Below, in pieces: positions 1-13,385 of a stretch of 64,000 bases of DNA. The DNA comes from Takakia lepidozioides. Its lineage: Eukaryota > Plantae > Bryophyta. Under the pieces are notes generated by a model. It was not told the DNA's origin and did no database searches. It saw only the letters and a program-made list of their open reading frames with translations. Position numbers and translations under genes: made by a program. The stretch is taken from assembly GCA_030704615.1 (NCBI GenBank), contig CM060732.1, positions 25,854,001 through 25,918,000 on the forward strand, in the 5' to 3' direction. Position 1 is the first letter of the stretch. Each line of letters begins with the position of its first letter.

Positions 1-1017
1 AAATTCGGTTTTGGGAGCTCGTTTAGATGTTGAGACGTTCAAGGACGAATGCGAAGTATGGATGGGATTGCATTTGGAAAGGGCTAGAGCTGCATATCAG
101 AGAGAAGGCCATTTACCATCGGGTTGTTGCGCATGCTGTGGCATTCACTGTGGCCCAGGTCACAAACAACCCCACACCATCTCCCATCAGAAGGGGAGAA
201 CAGTCTGTTAGATCTGCACAAACTTTCCCAACTTTGTGTTGTTTCAAAATTCTTGGCTATGTACCGAGAGCAGTACCAGTTCCATACTGGGGCTTGTATC
301 CATTTGAGAAGGGGTGTAGCCCCATGTTGTCAATATGACTGCAAGGCTCATGTGATAAAGCTTCTGCGTCTCTGTCTCTCTCTCTTTGTTTCTACCCACC
401 ATAAACCCTTCCTGCACTGGCAATAACATGGGCCATATGAATGGCACTGATGGTGCAAATGGTGTGTTATGCCAGCCTGGTGAAGATGGACAATTGGGAC
501 CACCGCATTAAAGGACAACATTTAGAAGAATGGGATCCACTTGTGAAGTGTCAGCTACCCCCATTGATGCGTGGGCCCGGCAGGTCATCCCCATGGAGAT
601 GAAACGCCCCCCACCACCTTCCGCATTCTCAGAGCAAGACTTCATGAAGAGTCTTCAGCACCTTCGACAACGCAAGATGTCAGTCGATGTTCTCCATGGC
701 GCAACAGAGGATCTTGCTCGGCGCCGCAACTCAACTGCTTTGACCCAGCCTCAAGTGCCTCGAAGACATAGTGACCCTGTACACATGGCAAATGAGGCAT
801 GCACTTTTATAAAGGCGTCGTGAAACTCTTTGGCATGACATAATTTGCTATCGTGGAATGCTTTCAAATCCTCAAAGGGAGAAGAGAGGGAGAATCCTGA
901 GGCTGTTGAGACAATTCTCAGCTCCTCCATTCAAAGCTTATAACTAGCTTAAAAGGTTCATAACCCTTCTGAATGTCAGATTAACCCACTTTGGTCTTTG
1001 CAGGCAAATCTTCAGCG

Positions 1018-1036
1018 CCCCCCCCCCCCCCCCCCC
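1018..1036 (+). repeat. poly(C)19 homopolymer
   Basis: Uninterrupted run of 19 C read directly from the sequence. Confidence 0.9.
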
Positions 1037-4000
1037 ACGAGGGAAGACGAGAAAGGGAAAGATGAGAAGGAAGCTCCTGCAGGTGCCACGACTAAGGAAG
1101 CTCCAACTTCAGTGGTCAAAAAGAGCAAACGAAAGAGTGCCTTACCCCCCTCCCATACTATACACACGGCTATCATCACCAGTATGTTGGCCTAAAACCG
1201 TGGAAGGTCCGAGTGGAAGATCCTTGTCTTGAGTAAGCAAGCACCCCACCCAGTGAAGTAATTCAGTTCATGAGTTCCAACATCTAATAATCAAAACTGG
1301 GGATTTTGAAACACAAATGTTGTGGTCACTGCTCCTGAAAGTACACCACTCTGTTCTGCCACGTAGTGCATGACAAAAGTCACGTTTCAGACATCATATG
1401 ACAAGAGTGAACACAGAGACACAATGACTGGCAATGTCGACCTCATTCAATCTAGGCTGAAAGCACCATCCAGTTTATCACCTTCTTCATACCTAATGAA
1501 GTTGAATTGGCTGCCCAGAAAAAATGCTGTGCGGGTGCCAAGGCCAACATGTGTTACATATCTCTAGCCAATTGAACCACCCTGTAGTTGTCCTTAACAA
1601 GTAGGCCAACACACAAGTAGACGGATAGCCTCCAGTCTACTTATGTCCAAATCGCATTTCATTTTTCATGTTCACAGTATGTACCATAAGTGGAAGTTGC
1701 AAGAGAAAACATAAAGGTGTCTCAAGAATAAGCTCACTCTGCAATTTTCGCAGAATGCAACACTCAAATTCTCATGGTTAACAAAATGGGCATGTCAAAC
1801 TCAACGTGCACTATTAAGCACCCAAGGAGTAGGAGTGGGATATTGTGAGCGCTGGAATATTCTTAAAAAAATGCTGTCTTACTAGAATGAAGGTGTATCC
1901 TCATGTTTATCTCTCAAAATCCAATTGCTCAACAGGAATTTGTGCAAGTGGGTAAAATCCATAGTTACACTAGGGCATTTCAGGGAAACCTTCAGATGCA
2001 CTGACCTACCTCAGAAGTACCACGTAAATGGCACAAAGTAATCTACAGGCTCCAAAATAATTTGACATCTCACAGAATTAGAGTAAATGTCTTTGGGCAG
2101 TCTCTAGCTGCCGTTTTGCATCCGCCTTTTCCCATCTCTTTGTATATATATCCCATTCAATCCTGCACCTCTCCCGTACCTGCACCATTGCCAAAACATT
2201 TCACCTCCAATCTGATAGTTTGTTCCTTCAGGTCCTGCATTAGGTGACATGCTTCCTACTCAATTCCAACCTAGAGAAACAGGTTCACTATGTCTATCCT
2301 ACTTTCCATTCGAATAGCTCAACTGAAAAATCAACATGTGTTCATAATGCCTTATTTCAGATCCAAGCCAGGTATTACGAGTAACTAAAATTGATGAACA
2401 CTGTCTCCACCACAATGGACCAGAATAAGAGGGCAAAATCACTTACCCCTTCCCATGCTGGTTTCCCTTGTTGTGATTCTCCCTGAGAAACACAAAAAAC
2501 CATGTGCAGGCATGAGAACCCAGTGTTGGGCCTGTGCAAATAAACATTGGTAGAAATCATGCAGTGGGAGGTTCACACCTAGACATAATACAAAGGAGAC
2601 AAGCTACTGAAGCGCAACTTACCCTCCCCGAGGCCACAGATCACATATCACACCTAGTACTAATGACAATATCACAGGAAATCCAGAAGATATATGAGCC
2701 CTCAGCCATCCAATTTACGAGGTCCTCCACTGCATGGCTACTGGCTCCACTCTGATTCCACCACTAACTGTCTCATCTGTTGCAACAGAAGGACAAATCC
2801 TTCTACATGCTTGCTGCTTGCCACCAAGTAGAAAGCATACCAACTGCAGGCTCAGCATCGGCTGAAGCAACCGCGTGGCACCATAATTTCCTTTCTATAA
2901 CCACTAGGTTAGCAGGATAACAAGTCGTGTTTTCTGAGAGAGTGATTCCAATTTTATCTTCTAATCCTATTTTGAAATTGGCTGAGTATAATACAACTGG
3001 TATAATACATTGAGGAAATTGCTTCAGGCAGACACTTCCTTTCTTTAACCAGCCAAGACTGAAACCATACAACAGGAAGAGAGGTGCACCTGTTGTCCAA
3101 GAGACGGGACAACTTTGTGTCGGATCCACTGGGCATCAACCACCCCTATCTTCTCATATGCAGGCTGCAATCCAGGTATTCAACATCAGTGTTAGTCCCA
3201 ACATGACATCAACCTGAGACAACTGTCAGAATTTGTGTCACGCAACAGGTTCTACATACAATAAATCACAGATCCATTGCATGAATGTCTGTGAGATCTA
3301 ACTTGTGGGCATCCATGGTAATACATATTGAATATCAATTGTGTTAAAACTCTCTTAGCAAGACAACAGACAATGCCACAGTACCCCAACAGGCCCATGC
3401 CTCCATTAGTGCTTAGAACCCCCCGCCTGATACAGAGGAGGCGGAGATCTACATCAAAGGGAAGAATTTCACTGAGTTCAACTATCAGTGCACAATATAG
3501 CCACACCCATCTTTACCTTCTGTAACAGATCTATAAAGGACATCCGAAGTTCATGCCACTAAGATTCTTCTCCCCAATAGGAGGGGTTGGCCTCTCCTAT
3601 GGATGCCATCTCTGGTATCCAAATCAGGGCAGATATGATAAAAAAAAATTGCCAGCTATTTCTAGACAGCTGAAGCCTAAGAAGTACGGAGGGCCAGGAG
3701 GCAGGCTAACCTGAATGCAGCGTTGCAGACTGAAGTCCAGGCCCCAGCCATGAACAAGGTCATTCTGTAGCCAGCCAATGTGACACAGTTCTTAGCCCTT
3801 TGTTATCTCCAAAATCTCTGCCCTTGCCCTGAACGAACTTTACTTGCCAAACTACTTGAAGATAGTCCTACCTGTCCCACACACTTCTGGAAATTACTTA
3901 ACAAAGCTCCATTCACACTTTGCCAATCCTTATTGACAACCTTGAACACCAGATGCATGATACTTTACGAATTCGACTTCTGATGTCCCTCAACCAAAGG

Positions 4001-5339
4001 AAAGTGGAAGAAGAATAACTTCAAAAGCATACATGCACTGGGATGAACTAACTAGACAACTCACACACCTGTATGATATACCAAACACATCGCCATGCTT
4101 TTCGAGAAAAGACGGGGGCCATAATCTCTACAAAACTGCAATAATCACAAAGCCAAGGTTGAACCAAAAATGTCAGTCCACTGTTATGCCTTCCACCCAA
4201 GAGAAGTGCCTCAAATGCACTCATCACAGAGAACCAATCCAGACTTACAAGCTAACTCACAACGTCCACATGCATTGCTAATCTGTCCATCCGATTCACT
4301 AAGAGGCGTTGAACAAAACAAGAGCACATGGGCACAATTAATAAACTTGCCATTTTTGTTCAATAAAGTATATAACTTCAAGAAAATCATGGTGCAAGTT
4401 TTGAATCTCCGACTGCTGGATAATATATACAACATCGAAAGTTACCGCACCCTGCACATGGTGGCTTGTGAGGATCTGAACACCAACCAGGCTTTTCTTC
4501 TGTAGACCTGAAGAAGCGGACAAGCACTTCATGATTCCATGGATGTAATAAAGCATACAACCACCCTAGCCTGAAAGTTCCTTGACACTCAACAACGATC
4601 CTACAAAATCTCTACATGTAACAACATAATGACTGCTTACTTGTGCACCTCAACGTCACCCCGACGTTTAGTCATTTGCCAAGTCAAACCCCGATCAGGC
4701 TCCAGGCCTGGTTGTGATATCTCCAGCCCATGCTTCTTGACCAGCTCTAGGTACCTGCAAAAACAACTCCATCACCCCCTTATAACCTCATACACCTGCT
4801 ATCAACCCCGGCAGAGTTGTAGCTGTAATAGCCACCTCCCATGTCCCATGACATAAAGAACACAACAGCACCATGGGGGCTGGCATTCCCACTGTAAGAT
4901 CCCCTGGCCAACAACACGTGGTGCAGAAAGTAGATCTATACAATGCACACGCACATGAGTTCACTCCTCGCAAGTCGCATGACAGAAGCAATATGGCCCA
5001 GCAGGGTAAGCAGGCTCTGCCACCTTATTTCATTACATCACCTGAATCTACACTATAGCCAGTAACACGACTAACAGTAGTGCAAGTAACAAAGAGTAAG
5101 CCAAAGATAATCAAAATGAGGTCATTCAAACACACCTTTCTGCGTCGAAGTGCTCCAAATCGAGATCCTCATCCCAAATAAAAATGTACTCATATGGTTC
5201 TACCATATCTGGATGTAGAAAGCGCTTCGCATACCACCTGAAAAAGCAAGTCATTCTGAGCGTTTTTGTCACAGCAAGAACAGATTCTCACACAAACAGT
5301 TCATGTTCATGTGCTGGAGAGGTGCAGGCTGCGATTCTG

Positions 5340-6660
5340 CCTCTGCTGCTCGCTTGACAACTAAAAACAACATGCTAGTGTTGATGTGAATCGGAAGACG
5401 CCAAGAGAACCTACCACTTCGCTTGTTTGCGGGCACTGACATGTATAGCACTTTTGGACCACTCAAAGTCATCCCACTCATTGACGTGCCCGTCATAATG
5501 GAATAGCATAACTTGCCAGTCCTTGGAAAACTGCACACAAATGGCTCACCATCAGTTGATACCCTACATAGGCTAGCACCCCCCAATTCAACTGGTTGGT
5601 TGAAAACCTAACATCCACGGATTGTGAGAAAGGCTCGTTCCACCCAAATGTAAGCCCTCACAGCAGTTAGCCTTCCAGCACACACCCCTTAAAACACAAG
5701 AGACCACAAATGAGCTCACGATTGACAGCTGTTCAGTGAGGATCAAGCAACATACTTTGGAAACTGCCCGATTGACCATGTCCTTCTGGGCCATGCCTAC
5801 AGTCAAGGTCAATAGATACTTTGGCTTCACCGGCAAATCCTGCAATGCAACAGTGAAAATTAGTCAAAATGGTCCTGGCGTCACAACATAACCTACTCCA
5901 CAACACAACCAACTCTACACTGCACAAATGCCCAATGCAACCAACCTACAACCTCCTTGTGAAACCACAAATTGAATCTCATGGTACCTGAGCAAAGGAT
6001 TATAATATCTGCTGTCAAATCTATGTGGACAACATCGGGAAGTAGTCAATTGACACGACTCAGTGACTGGTCCAAACACAGCATACCTCTGCTGGATTAC
6101 CCCACAATCTGCGCAGGTACAGATCTGAAACCGGGGTAAGTATGTCCCGTGGAAGCAATTCTGTACCCTGCGGTTGCGCACCAGGGCATGTGACATGTGT
6201 GTCTAAAGTCATCTCCTGTCATGTCCACCAGGTCCCAGTCAATTATCAAAACTCTTCCCTGAGCATTACAGGTCTTGATCGAAGTGAAGATCCACATTTG
6301 CCAATCTACATTGTCGTTCCAGACAAAGCAAAGGAGAGCAACAATATGACAATGAAGTTTGCTCCTCACACCTTAGGAGCAGGTGGCCGATAGTCGACTT
6401 CTTCTGGCTGCTGAAAGTGAAGAGCCACCAAATTCGATGGGATGCCAAACTGCACGACACCTTGCCACCAACATCACAGCTATCACTTCCATGCTGCCTA
6501 CTATACCCGAAGAATTACATTTAAACCGTAGCAATGCGAATGAGACTGTCCCAAGCAGCTTCCTGACTGTAGCCAATGTTGCATTTATCAAATAGCTTCC
6601 AGTGCAACACCTTAATATATACATACCTTGAGGAAAGAGAACCCGATCACACCGCCGATT
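5340..6660 (-). mobile_element. Highly degenerate Helitron-type PIF1 helicase remnant
   Basis: Minus-strand fragments fall in the expected motif order over about 1.3 kb: TGSYLINATLATVR (motif I region), SSGIVG..FGIP (Ia), LIIDW/GDDFRH (II/III, cf. GDFRQ), LPVKPKYLLTLTVG (cf. LPPHxLxLKVG), FPRTGKLCYSIMT..SGMTL (V, cf. QFPVxLxFAMTINKSQGQTL) and MLFLVVKR (VI). Multiple frameshifts. No Rep domain or termini recognised. Confidence 0.5.
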
Positions 6661-7646
6661 ACAACTCCGCAAAACACAGTGCCAATTATTCTCAACATGT
6701 CATTCCGCTTCTTTGGAGCCACACCACTGCACGAATCCCGGAATGTGTAAGTTACGATGTAGGCCATTGGTCTTAAGAATTACGGGACTTCAAAGCATAG
6801 AAGGCTCCATGTGTAACAACAAAAGCTTGTCGTATATTTCCTACGTTTGCGAAAGTGCAGTTTCCGAACTCTTGCACCCTCCACTTCACACAAAATTTCA
6901 CTAACCTCTCATAAAAGCACACTTAAATATTCCAGACGTTCTGCCATCACAAAACTCCTCACCTATGATTGAATATTGCCATCACAAAGTCAGGCAGCAC
7001 AGCCAAAACACTTTGCTTATAAACCAAGCGGCAACAAGTGCTCAGCATTTGCTCCAATACGTGCCACCCGTCCTCCCAACCACCGCTCGAAAATATCAAT
7101 CCACCATTCCCACTCTGCCTGCCCCAACCGCCTAACCAGGCTCCATCCGGCAACCGAAAAGCCGGTTGCCACTCCTAGGGCGTCCCAAGCAGTCACCAAC
7201 CTTCCTCCCACCACGCCAGCACCATTCGCAAATCGAACTATCCGGAGCCGCTACATCAACAAGCGAGACATCGCGATCCACGACCGACTCACTCTTATTG
7301 CGGCATGGCACGCTGCTACCCTCCCTCGCACACCACGCGCTCCGCCACACTCAGAGAGACGACCCCATCACCGCGCCTGCCGGCCGCCCCTATCGCCGCG
7401 CCTCCACACCACCGACGAGGGTGTGGGCACTGTTGCGCCGGACATTCCTTTTCCTGCCTTTTGATTGGACACGACCCCCCTGGCCCATTTTTTTCCGGGC
7501 GTTAACCCTGATCAGTTTTAGTCATTCCTTGCATTGACTTCCTTTTTGGACTAACCCTTGTGCGTGTAAATATAGATATTGATAGTTTGTGGCTTCCGTG
7601 AGCTTCTTGAGGGCTGTGCCATCTACCTTCAAACATTCTGCCTCTT

Positions 7647-7674
7647 ACCTACCTACCTACCTACCAACCTACCA
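7647..7674 (+). repeat. (CTAC)n tetranucleotide microsatellite
   Basis: acctacctacctacctaccaacctacc. Confidence 0.8.
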
Positions 7675-8743
7675 TTTGGTATTACGAATCCTGCGGTCTG
7701 GACCACCTCATTCAGAAAATAGATTCTAATGTGAGTTTTTTTTCCCTCCTTTTTAAGGGACTACTCCCCTCACACCACGGTACGGCCGGTTTGGGGGACT
7801 TATCCTGCGTAAAGACATAGGGTATCTTTTTTTTAATTATTATTTTAAAGGTATCTTTTCGGAGTGGTTGGCTGAGATGTTTTAAGGATTGCAATGGAAT
7901 ATGGCTGAGATCCCTAGAACTAGAAAAAAATAAAAATAAAAATGAGATTAGTAACATTGCATAAGATCCCACAGGACCTTACGCCGTAAGATCCCTCGCC
8001 ATACGGATCTTGCACGTAAAAACACCCCCCCCCTTCCACCCTTGTCGACTTGACATTCCGTCAGGTAAGCTCCCTGGGAATACAAAGGGAAAAACCTGTA
8101 GGTTTTTACGACTGCTCACAAAACAGGCCCCTTGATCAAAGTGAGTGGAGAAAATAACATTGCCATGAGAGCTAGGACACTGGCCCAAAGGAAGGGGATT
8201 ATTATGCCACACCCAACAAGGTTACATAAATTTAGATTCACCTTGGTGGTGCTCTATCCAACTAAGATACCGACTCGGTTATTGGGAATGCATATCCTAG
8301 CAATGATCTTATTTTTGCTTGGTCCATTTTTAACCCCTAAACGCCCTTAAGTCAGTCTAGAAGTCCACAAATGGCACGATTATCCCTCCATGTTGAGGAA
8401 ATGCATGTTTATGGCTTAGAAACAAGAAACACCGCCAGAAGAACAAATAGAGACTTTGTGCACTGCATAGACATTTAAAAAGCGGCTAGTCTCGTAATGG
8501 CTCCACCCTAAAACTCTTAAGTACAAAATTCCCTTAAAATGCTAAAATAATAACATATTTAAAGTACATTTTAAACTTGGTTGCAACCAAAACAAACAAC
8601 AGTTATTTGGCATTGGACTCATGTTGGAAAACATACAGTAAAAGACCGTTGCCAACACTACAGTACACAAGAGTTGGAAAATCTCAATTATTGATTTTCA
8701 CTGGTTTGACCGCAGCTAGTGCTTACAAATTCAGCCCTGCCTT

Positions 8744-9410
8744 CTAGACATATCCTGCAATCATTGTGCTCCACAACACCACATCTCGTTCAGCCATATT
8801 TTCAAACACTCGCTTTGCATCCTCAATGCGCCCACATTTGGCATACATGTCCACTAGGGCAAAGTTTAGAATGACACTAGGTACAATTCCAGCTTTGACA
8901 ATGTCACCATGGACCTCTTTGCCCTTTTCCAGGGCTGCCAGGCGTGCACAAGCATTGCAAACACACACACACGTGATGTGGTTGGGCTTCACCCCTTCCC
9001 CCATCATTTGATCTCAGACCTTTCATCTTGATGCACTTAAGCAAGAGAATGACATACGTATCTGAATCTGCTGAAATGCCTCCTTGGCTTAAAGTCTGTA
9101 GAGCCTCTTTTAGTCTACTTGCCTCACAAAGCATCTTCACATGCCCAGAATTGCCAGAAGAGGCATTGTGGACTCCCTCTCTTGATCGTCTTTCAGAAGC
9201 TGTGGTCATGGTTGAGGTGCCTGATTTTATCAACTGTGCCTCTACAACACCTGCCTTTAGTTGACCATCTACCCATGCAGGTTTCTTGTAGCTATTGATC
9301 CACAGGGAATCATAGGTAATCTTGTGCTTGAAATTTGGCCCTCTTGGATGAATCTGGACCCACACTCTATCCCTGCCCTTCAGCTATCACTGCCTCTGCA
9401 CAAATCAGAC
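8744..9410 (-). pseudogene. Truncated, internally deleted PLS-class PPR gene, paralog of the 28066-30921 PPR
   Basis: The N-terminal piece MLCEASRLKEALQTLSQGGISADSDTYVILLLKCIKMKGL matches [40 protein letters not shown] of the intact gene. After a frame-breaking junction near 9010 come L and S motifs ([25 protein letters not shown]; [37 protein letters not shown]) and a stop. No E or DYW domain. Confidence 0.85.
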
Positions 9411-9950
9411 ATACATTTTTGCCTTGCAGCTGATAATGACAGCCTAGATTTGTTCTAGGAAACACCCAACTCAGCTTATCACACTAGTTCCTATGCTGAA
9501 TTCTGTCTGCTACTCTCTGTAATCTAACAGGCATTCACCATTTTGCCTTGGTTGTCCCACCATTGACTACGATCAGAAAAATAATCATTCCACAACTACT
9601 CCTCATCTCTGTTACGTGTTTTTGGATACTTTTCTGTCGTCACGTTGGCAGTATCATGTCAAAGTCACTCTAAACTATCAAAGATTCACTCAACCAGCTG
9701 ATTCTGATAAGAGGGAAAAACAGAGTGAAATGTGTTGAAGAATGTACCTTCATTAGGAGTGCCTGATTTTATCAATTGTGCCGCCGCTGCTGCGGCTTCC
9801 AATTGACCATCTACCCACGCAGGTTTCTTGCAGCGATGGATCCACAGGGAATCATAGGTAATCTTGAGCTTGAAATCCGGCCCTCTTGGATGAATCTGGA
9901 CCCAAACTCTACCCCTACTCCTTAAGCTATCCATGCTCTGCACAAAATCA
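9217..9950. repeat. Diverged direct duplication of about 190 bp (9217-9410 vs 9759-9950) covering the PPR 5' region
   Basis: Both copies read gtgcctgattttatcaa..ttgaccatctaccca..gatccacagggaatcataggtaatcttg..ggccctcttggatgaatctggaccca. Minus-strand translations are WVQIHPRGP(N/D)FK(H/L)KITYDSLWI. Confidence 0.9.
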
Positions 9951-11206
9951 TGCATACATCCCAAAGCTTCTAGCTCTGCCCACTCCCTCTCCTCGCTTCC
10001 GTGCTATTTGTCTCCTCGACATTCTAGGGTATTGAACGCCACGGATGACGTCCATTCAACGAACTTCATCGGTACAAAGGATTTCATCATCCATTTCGAC
10101 ACGTGTCCTTCTGTCCAAAAATAAATGAAAATATGCATAAAACATCCAATATTTAGTACTTATGCCACCTTTTTGTGGTTTCATCCCTCTCCGCAGCCAC
10201 CTTTTCGTCCTCCTCTGTTGCCACTTTTTTCATTTATAAGGAACTTTTTCATCCAGTCCATCACAACATTCTAAAAATTCTCTATTTGAGTCTACACAAA
10301 GATTTGACCTTTCCTCATTTGCAACCTGGCACAACCGTCATACCACCAAACTATAATCTATTCTTGTAAAAGTGAAGGTGAGTAATTTTGTTTATTGATG
10401 TTTATATTTGTTTTGTATAAATGTGAATGGTTCTACGTTTGCCAAATCACATGCTCTCAACTAAACTCATTTCACTCAAATTTATTATGACGTTATTATT
10501 CGCATTTTTTTGGGCTGCTTCAAGTCTTTAACCAGGATTAAAAAATGTGACTGCACCAAATTAATATTACACATAAAATCCAAAAAACTTTATAGTAAAT
10601 TGTAATAAAAATTTTTTCTCTGAATTTTTTTTTTGTAAATATTATGAAACATTGAGTTATATTTGGAGGTTACTTTTTTATTTTAATGTTAAACCGTATA
10701 TTTATACATTCTACTATACATGCTTATTGCATTTTAAAGGACACCCAGGAGCGACAGCCCCCCTATATACTATATACTATATACCCTTCATTTATGGGTC
10801 TTCTTTATGAATATTTTACAAGTGTAAGATTCACTTATGGGTCTTATCCAATCAAGGTACATTCGAGTTAGCATTTAAGTGGGGGAGGGTTACGTGCTAT
10901 GTAGGTACTAGGGAGGAGCCAACAAACCTTACCAAATGACACCCTCAAAATCACAAGGAAGTCTGAGAACTATAAGCTCATATATGGCTTACCAATATGA
11001 ATAACAGAGAGGAAAAGCAAATCTTTGACATGCCCACAACCCAACAAACACAGATTCTGTTCCAGTCTCATCAGTGAACGTTGAACCATCCAAAACACAA
11101 GGACATAAGAGGGGTCGCATGAATAGTCCCAAACAAGTCAAAGAGATCAGGCCTGGGCACGAACTGAAAAATGACCGTAGTAAATCGTGACTGTGCAAAA
11201 TGCAGA

Positions 11207-11228
11207 GGTTTAGGGTTTAGGGTTTAGG
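11207..11228 (+). repeat. Interstitial plant-type telomeric motif (TTTAGGG) x about 3
   Basis: ggtttagggtttagggtttagg. Confidence 0.75.
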
Positions 11229-13385
11229 ACAATTGTAATCCAACCCTCCCCAATGATTCGAAAGTCCCCAATACCCACACCTCAAGTAACCGTTGACCCA
11301 ATTGTCATTTTTTTAATTTTTAGCTGAATTGGTCATAATTTCCTCAGGTACTTAATTCGTGTTGTCCTAGTACATGACATGTTTCGGGTCGCATGTTTTT
11401 TCTCGAATAGTCATACAACTTCCTAAATCTTGGTCCGATTAAAGAGCCAGTGACCAATAGAAAGAATATAGTAGTCCAGATTGAGAGTTTTTTCAATGCC
11501 ACTACCCGAGCTTCATTGGCCAAAGAGGGACTCACATAGGGTTGTTCAAAGTCCAAAATCCATGAAACGACATTAGAATGTCCGGCACATTGGATCTAGA
11601 TGTCAAGTCAAGTCGTTAAGGGGTCAAGTCATCACCTAATTGGATACCTCATCTGTTCTATAAGATTGTATCTTAAGAGATTAAGACTTCATCATTTTCG
11701 TATTAAAACCTTCAAAACAATGTCCAATCGAGTCAAATGGGTGAGGGGTGATCATGTAACACGTCTTTCATTCAGAGGGGTTATTGGTGGATGAGCCCCC
11801 ACAATAATAGTGTTGTTTATGAAATTGGAGGTTGAGAAGGGGCATATCTAGCCCCAATCTCTATGAGTTTCATTGTATGGATGTCACGAAAACTTTAATC
11901 CAATAATTCCAACTGAACATGGAACTGTCTCATTGTAGCCTTCGAAAGAAAAACATTGACATTTTTGTATGAAAATGGTGAGGTACTCTTAATCTCTTAA
12001 GTTAGAACCTTGTAGATGAGGTATCCAAATAACTTACCCAAAAATTCTGAAATATTAGGCATAGGTGGGCCAGTCAGGTTCTATGTGAATTTTATGTGAT
12101 GTAGATTTCTCATTTAAACCATTCGATAAGGGTTATGAATAGTTTAGGGCCTAAAAACATTTAATACCCAAATTACAGCTCACAAAATAATTACGATCTT
12201 GAATTCAACATAGTGAAAATATGTAAAATTTTATTTACAAAATATAGTAAATGTAGTAAGCAACATAACTCAATGGAACTCATTTCCATATATCACTGAC
12301 TTTGCAAAGATATATTAAAAATGGTGACCTTGGTTATGAGTTAGCAGATTTTTTACCTATATGACAGTTGGGATTAATACTCAACTAACAATCTAATTGT
12401 CACTCAGAATTTTGGTTTGTAATTTATAAAAATAGAGCTAGATTTTTTCATGGAAGTACTTATGTTATTTATATATATTAATTATATTATAACAACTTAT
12501 TTGGGTTTCTCATTCTATTCTAAGGAAAAGAGGTCAGAGCCCTCGGAATTTATTGCAAAGAGAGGAGTAAATTTACTAAAAACACCATTGGGAAGCTTTC
12601 ATTGTAAGCTATAGAATTGTTTTTCTTCAATTTTGAACTTTCATGGATTTTCAAGTATGTCGGGCCTTGATGAATCAAGTTATACCGACGACTAAAAAAT
12701 TAGGGACTAGTTTTAGAGTAGAACAAGAGTATGGACCCTTAGTGCCACGTCATTGTCGTTTTATATCCAAACTGCCCAAATAGCCCGAACTAATTCTCTA
12801 ATTTATAATTTACAAATAAATATTGTCATTTTGCCAATTTTAAAAGTGTAAAAAAAGTGGAAAAAAGTGTAAAAAAAGTTTTACGGAATTGCCTGAAATC
12901 ACAAGTTGTGAAAACAATACAATAATAGTAAGGATGTAAGCCCGATAGGGGCGATAGCCGCAATGTGAAGTGGCTCTTAAGTTACAGTGACTCTGGTTTG
13001 TATCTTCTCTTTCTAAAGATGTAGGTTATGTAGGTTCTTATTATTACCGATGTGATACTAGGAGACACTTTGCACAAACTATACAAAAGATGTTAGACTC
13101 TTCAATATTGTTGATCTCCTTTACTGTGTTTTTTCCCCAACTATATCATATCCATCTATCTCACTTGAAATGGACCCTTACGTACATCTCTTTATATTAT
13201 ATTGTTGTTAATCTTGAGACAACATTTGGATCAAATGAAAATATTACATCGTATGACCTAATTTCAAGTCTCTTTAGTTAGTCTTTCGCTCTCCATTCTA
13301 TCTCTTGTCATTTTCTTTTTTTCACACTGTAACATGTTTAGTTGGTTAAAATTTGCATTTCCACTCTATCAACAAGAGAGATGTG

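Noticed and set aside
1-1368. Right end of a CACTA element (..cgtagtg at 1368) with upstream ORF fragments
   Set aside because: Only a short terminal match, no partner TIR in the window and no transposase motif.
6976-7537. Overlapping Pro/Arg-rich plus-strand ORFs
   Set aside because: Stop-poor GC-rich sequence, open in several frames, with no homology recognised.
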